The notes beneath the pieces were generated by a model. The model was not told the DNA's origin. It made no database searches and saw only the letters and a list, made by a program, of their open reading frames with translations. A DNA stretch of 64,000 bases, from positions 2,046,001 to 2,110,000 of the forward strand of contig JAYWIR010000014.1 in the NCBI GenBank assembly GCA_036172245.1, given 5' to 3'. The stretch comes from Raillietiella orientalis. Lineage: Eukaryota. Positions 61,901 through 64,000 of this stretch are shown one piece after another (within the stretch, counting starts at the first letter, position 1; each line of letters begins with the position of its first letter). Position numbers and translations under genes: made by a program.

Positions 61901-64000
61901 GCTTTGCCGTAAAAGTGCGAGCTCCCATTGAATCATCGTAGGGATTTTAATTCAAAAAGATAATTGCTCTTTATTGAGTAATTGAAAATGCTCACATGCT
62001 AATTGTAATGAACGATGAGTGTGATTGCAACTGTGATGGAGGTGAGCAATAAAACGGGATTATGTTTTTTTTTGGCGAATATTGCCTTACTGAGACATGC
62101 GTGTTTTTGTTCAAAACGTGTACACTACAGCTGTCGAAGCAAACAGTGCCCATCTATGATAAGGGAATCCTGTGTTAATTTTTAGATTAAGTTAATATTT
62201 CATACATGCGTTCCGTGTAAACCTTGGAGCTTGACTTTGCCGGAAGAGCGTTTATTAGAAATCAGCTGTCCAGATATTCCTTCCCGATAGAAGCACTGAT
62301 TTGATTCCCTTCTGCTAATTTCGGCAATCAATCTCATAGTATCTTCGGAAATATTTTCTTTTCCCGTTCTGTTTTCAGCTCTCCGACAGAAGTGAAAATG
62401 TCGTCGCGTTACCGATAATTATCAAGATTACCATGGCCATCTAAATCAATGCTGCAAACATGCCCTGCGCTAATAATACTGTTAATTTGCTCATTCTCAG
62501 AGCGGATATTTTTTTCTGTCAGATGGGACGAAATGAAGGCACGAGTGGAAGCTTTCACAGCATCTTTCATAAGCTCCGAGGGACGGAAGAGAGTTTCATT
62601 TCACTGTGCACTCTTTTCTGCTTTTCCATTAGCCAGGGAGATGCATTCCGTTCATCACTTGGTTCATTAAATAAATATCAGTAACTCTATTTCTGCATAA
62701 GACAGTTAAATACTTCCCTGATGGTATACGAGATTAATAAGTTGAATCCAGATTCCAAACGAGTATCGATTTGAAGAGAAAAAGGGTACCTCTTTGTTTT
62801 TCAGCTCAAGAGTTTGCCTCCTCGATACACATCCTTGATAGTGAGCGCCGTGCAGGAGTTTGTTTTAGGCGTTGGTTCCAGCCGAGTGCCTGCAATGCCT
62901 TTTCGAGTTCACTTCGGACTTTGGTGCAGCCGCACGTACGGCAGCTCACGTTTTTAGGGAACTCGCAACCGAGAAGCAGAAGAAACTGCTCGCATGCGTC
63001 TTCCTGCATCGCCAGGCTCGACGCCGTGCAACATGGCGCCGAGCTTGCATTTGTTGGTGCGAATCTTGGCCTGGCACGGAGGGTCCTTTCGCTGCTGCTC
63101 ATACTGCCGAGGGGTTCCGGCCCGGGAAGCATCTCCGTTGTTGGGCCCACGACCGGGAAGAGGGAGAGCGTGACCGGAGAACAAACTCCGTCGAAAGAAT
63201 CCGTCCCGCGGTGCGCAAAGGAAAAGAACGTGGTGGTCCTGCGGTCGGCATCGAAGAAAGAGAACCTCCTCCAGGTGAACTACCTACCAGAAGGCAGCGG
63301 CGCGAGTCTTTCCGCTGCGACACCTTGCTCTCCTCTCTCTCCCTCCAGCGGATCTGCCAGACGCGAAGGAGCTCGGAGGCTGCAGGACGGAAAAATCGGT
63401 CTTGCTGCGCACACTTCCGTGACGAAGAGCACCGCAGCCTCCTCCATCCCCCTTCTCCCCCGCGCTCAGTGCCCTCCATAGACGCGACGAAAAGTTCATG
63501 GGAGCGGGAAAGACAACGTCGCTCCCATCGTCCCAGGAGTCCAGCGAAGAGACCTCAGCCGACCGCCCAAACGAGTACGCGAATACAGAGATGCGGGAGA
63601 CGGTGGTCCAGCTCTGCCTGAGGGCCGCCGTCTTCGAAATCCGAAGCCCTCTTTCTCTAGCATCGGCCCCTGCCCTTCTCCCCCGACGGGAAGATTGGAC
63701 GCTTCCGGAACGAACGCAGAAGCAACCAACAGCAGCTGTTCCGTATCCGGGGGACGAAGCCGCTCCATCCGAAACCACAGTCGTTGCCGTGGTGGTGCGT
63801 GCACGATGCCGTGCTTCTCCGCGCCACCAGGCATGACTTTTCTCGAGTTCCCTGTCCAGCAGGGAAGCCCGCCTTTGAAATCGGGAGGAGAACCGGCGTG
63901 AGGCGCGAAGCTAGACGGGACTCGCAAGTCCCCGAGGCTCAGGGACCGAGCCAGAGAGGATCCGGCCGCCCTCGGAGACTGTAGGATTTTTCCGGAGGCA

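Noticed and set aside
1..64000. Prokaryotic-type systems (CRISPR, operons, defence islands), rRNA, snRNA or SL RNA genes, intact transposons
   Set aside because: The DNA is spliceosomal-intron-containing animal sequence. I saw no repeat-spacer array, no recognisable structural RNA sequence and no transposase, RT or integrase ORF.

Overview
This is eukaryotic (animal, invertebrate-like) genomic DNA with two well-supported protein-coding genes, both on the minus strand. (1) A 9-exon oligosaccharyltransferase catalytic subunit of the STT3A type (6874->4165, 707 aa after splicing), with very short GT-AG introns (six of 40-57 nt) in an AT-rich, CpG-poor block. (2) An intronless 1452-aa C2H2 zinc-finger protein (46104->41746) with 10 dispersed CX2CX12HX4H fingers, four of them near-identical 'C[ED][IV]C[NQ]KxxC[NS]KYF[LM]KxH' fingers. 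It also carries a FOG1-like RRKQSNP motif and a CtBP-type PLDLS motif, and sits in a ~20 kb GC/CpG-rich domain. The rest appears non-coding: a second GC-rich domain (~10.6-17.7 kb), a 122-bp dispersed direct repeat, several inverted repeats (one pre-miRNA-like at 30.6 kb), a 70-bp purine/pyrimidine alternating tract and many microsatellites. The hundreds of other ORFs in the track look like GC-rich or low-complexity artefacts. I found no rRNA, tRNA, CRISPR array or intact transposase/RT gene, and no multi-gene novel system. The best leads are the zinc-finger repressor architecture, the candidate miRNA hairpin and the mosaic CpG pattern. All counts are by hand; no database searches were run.
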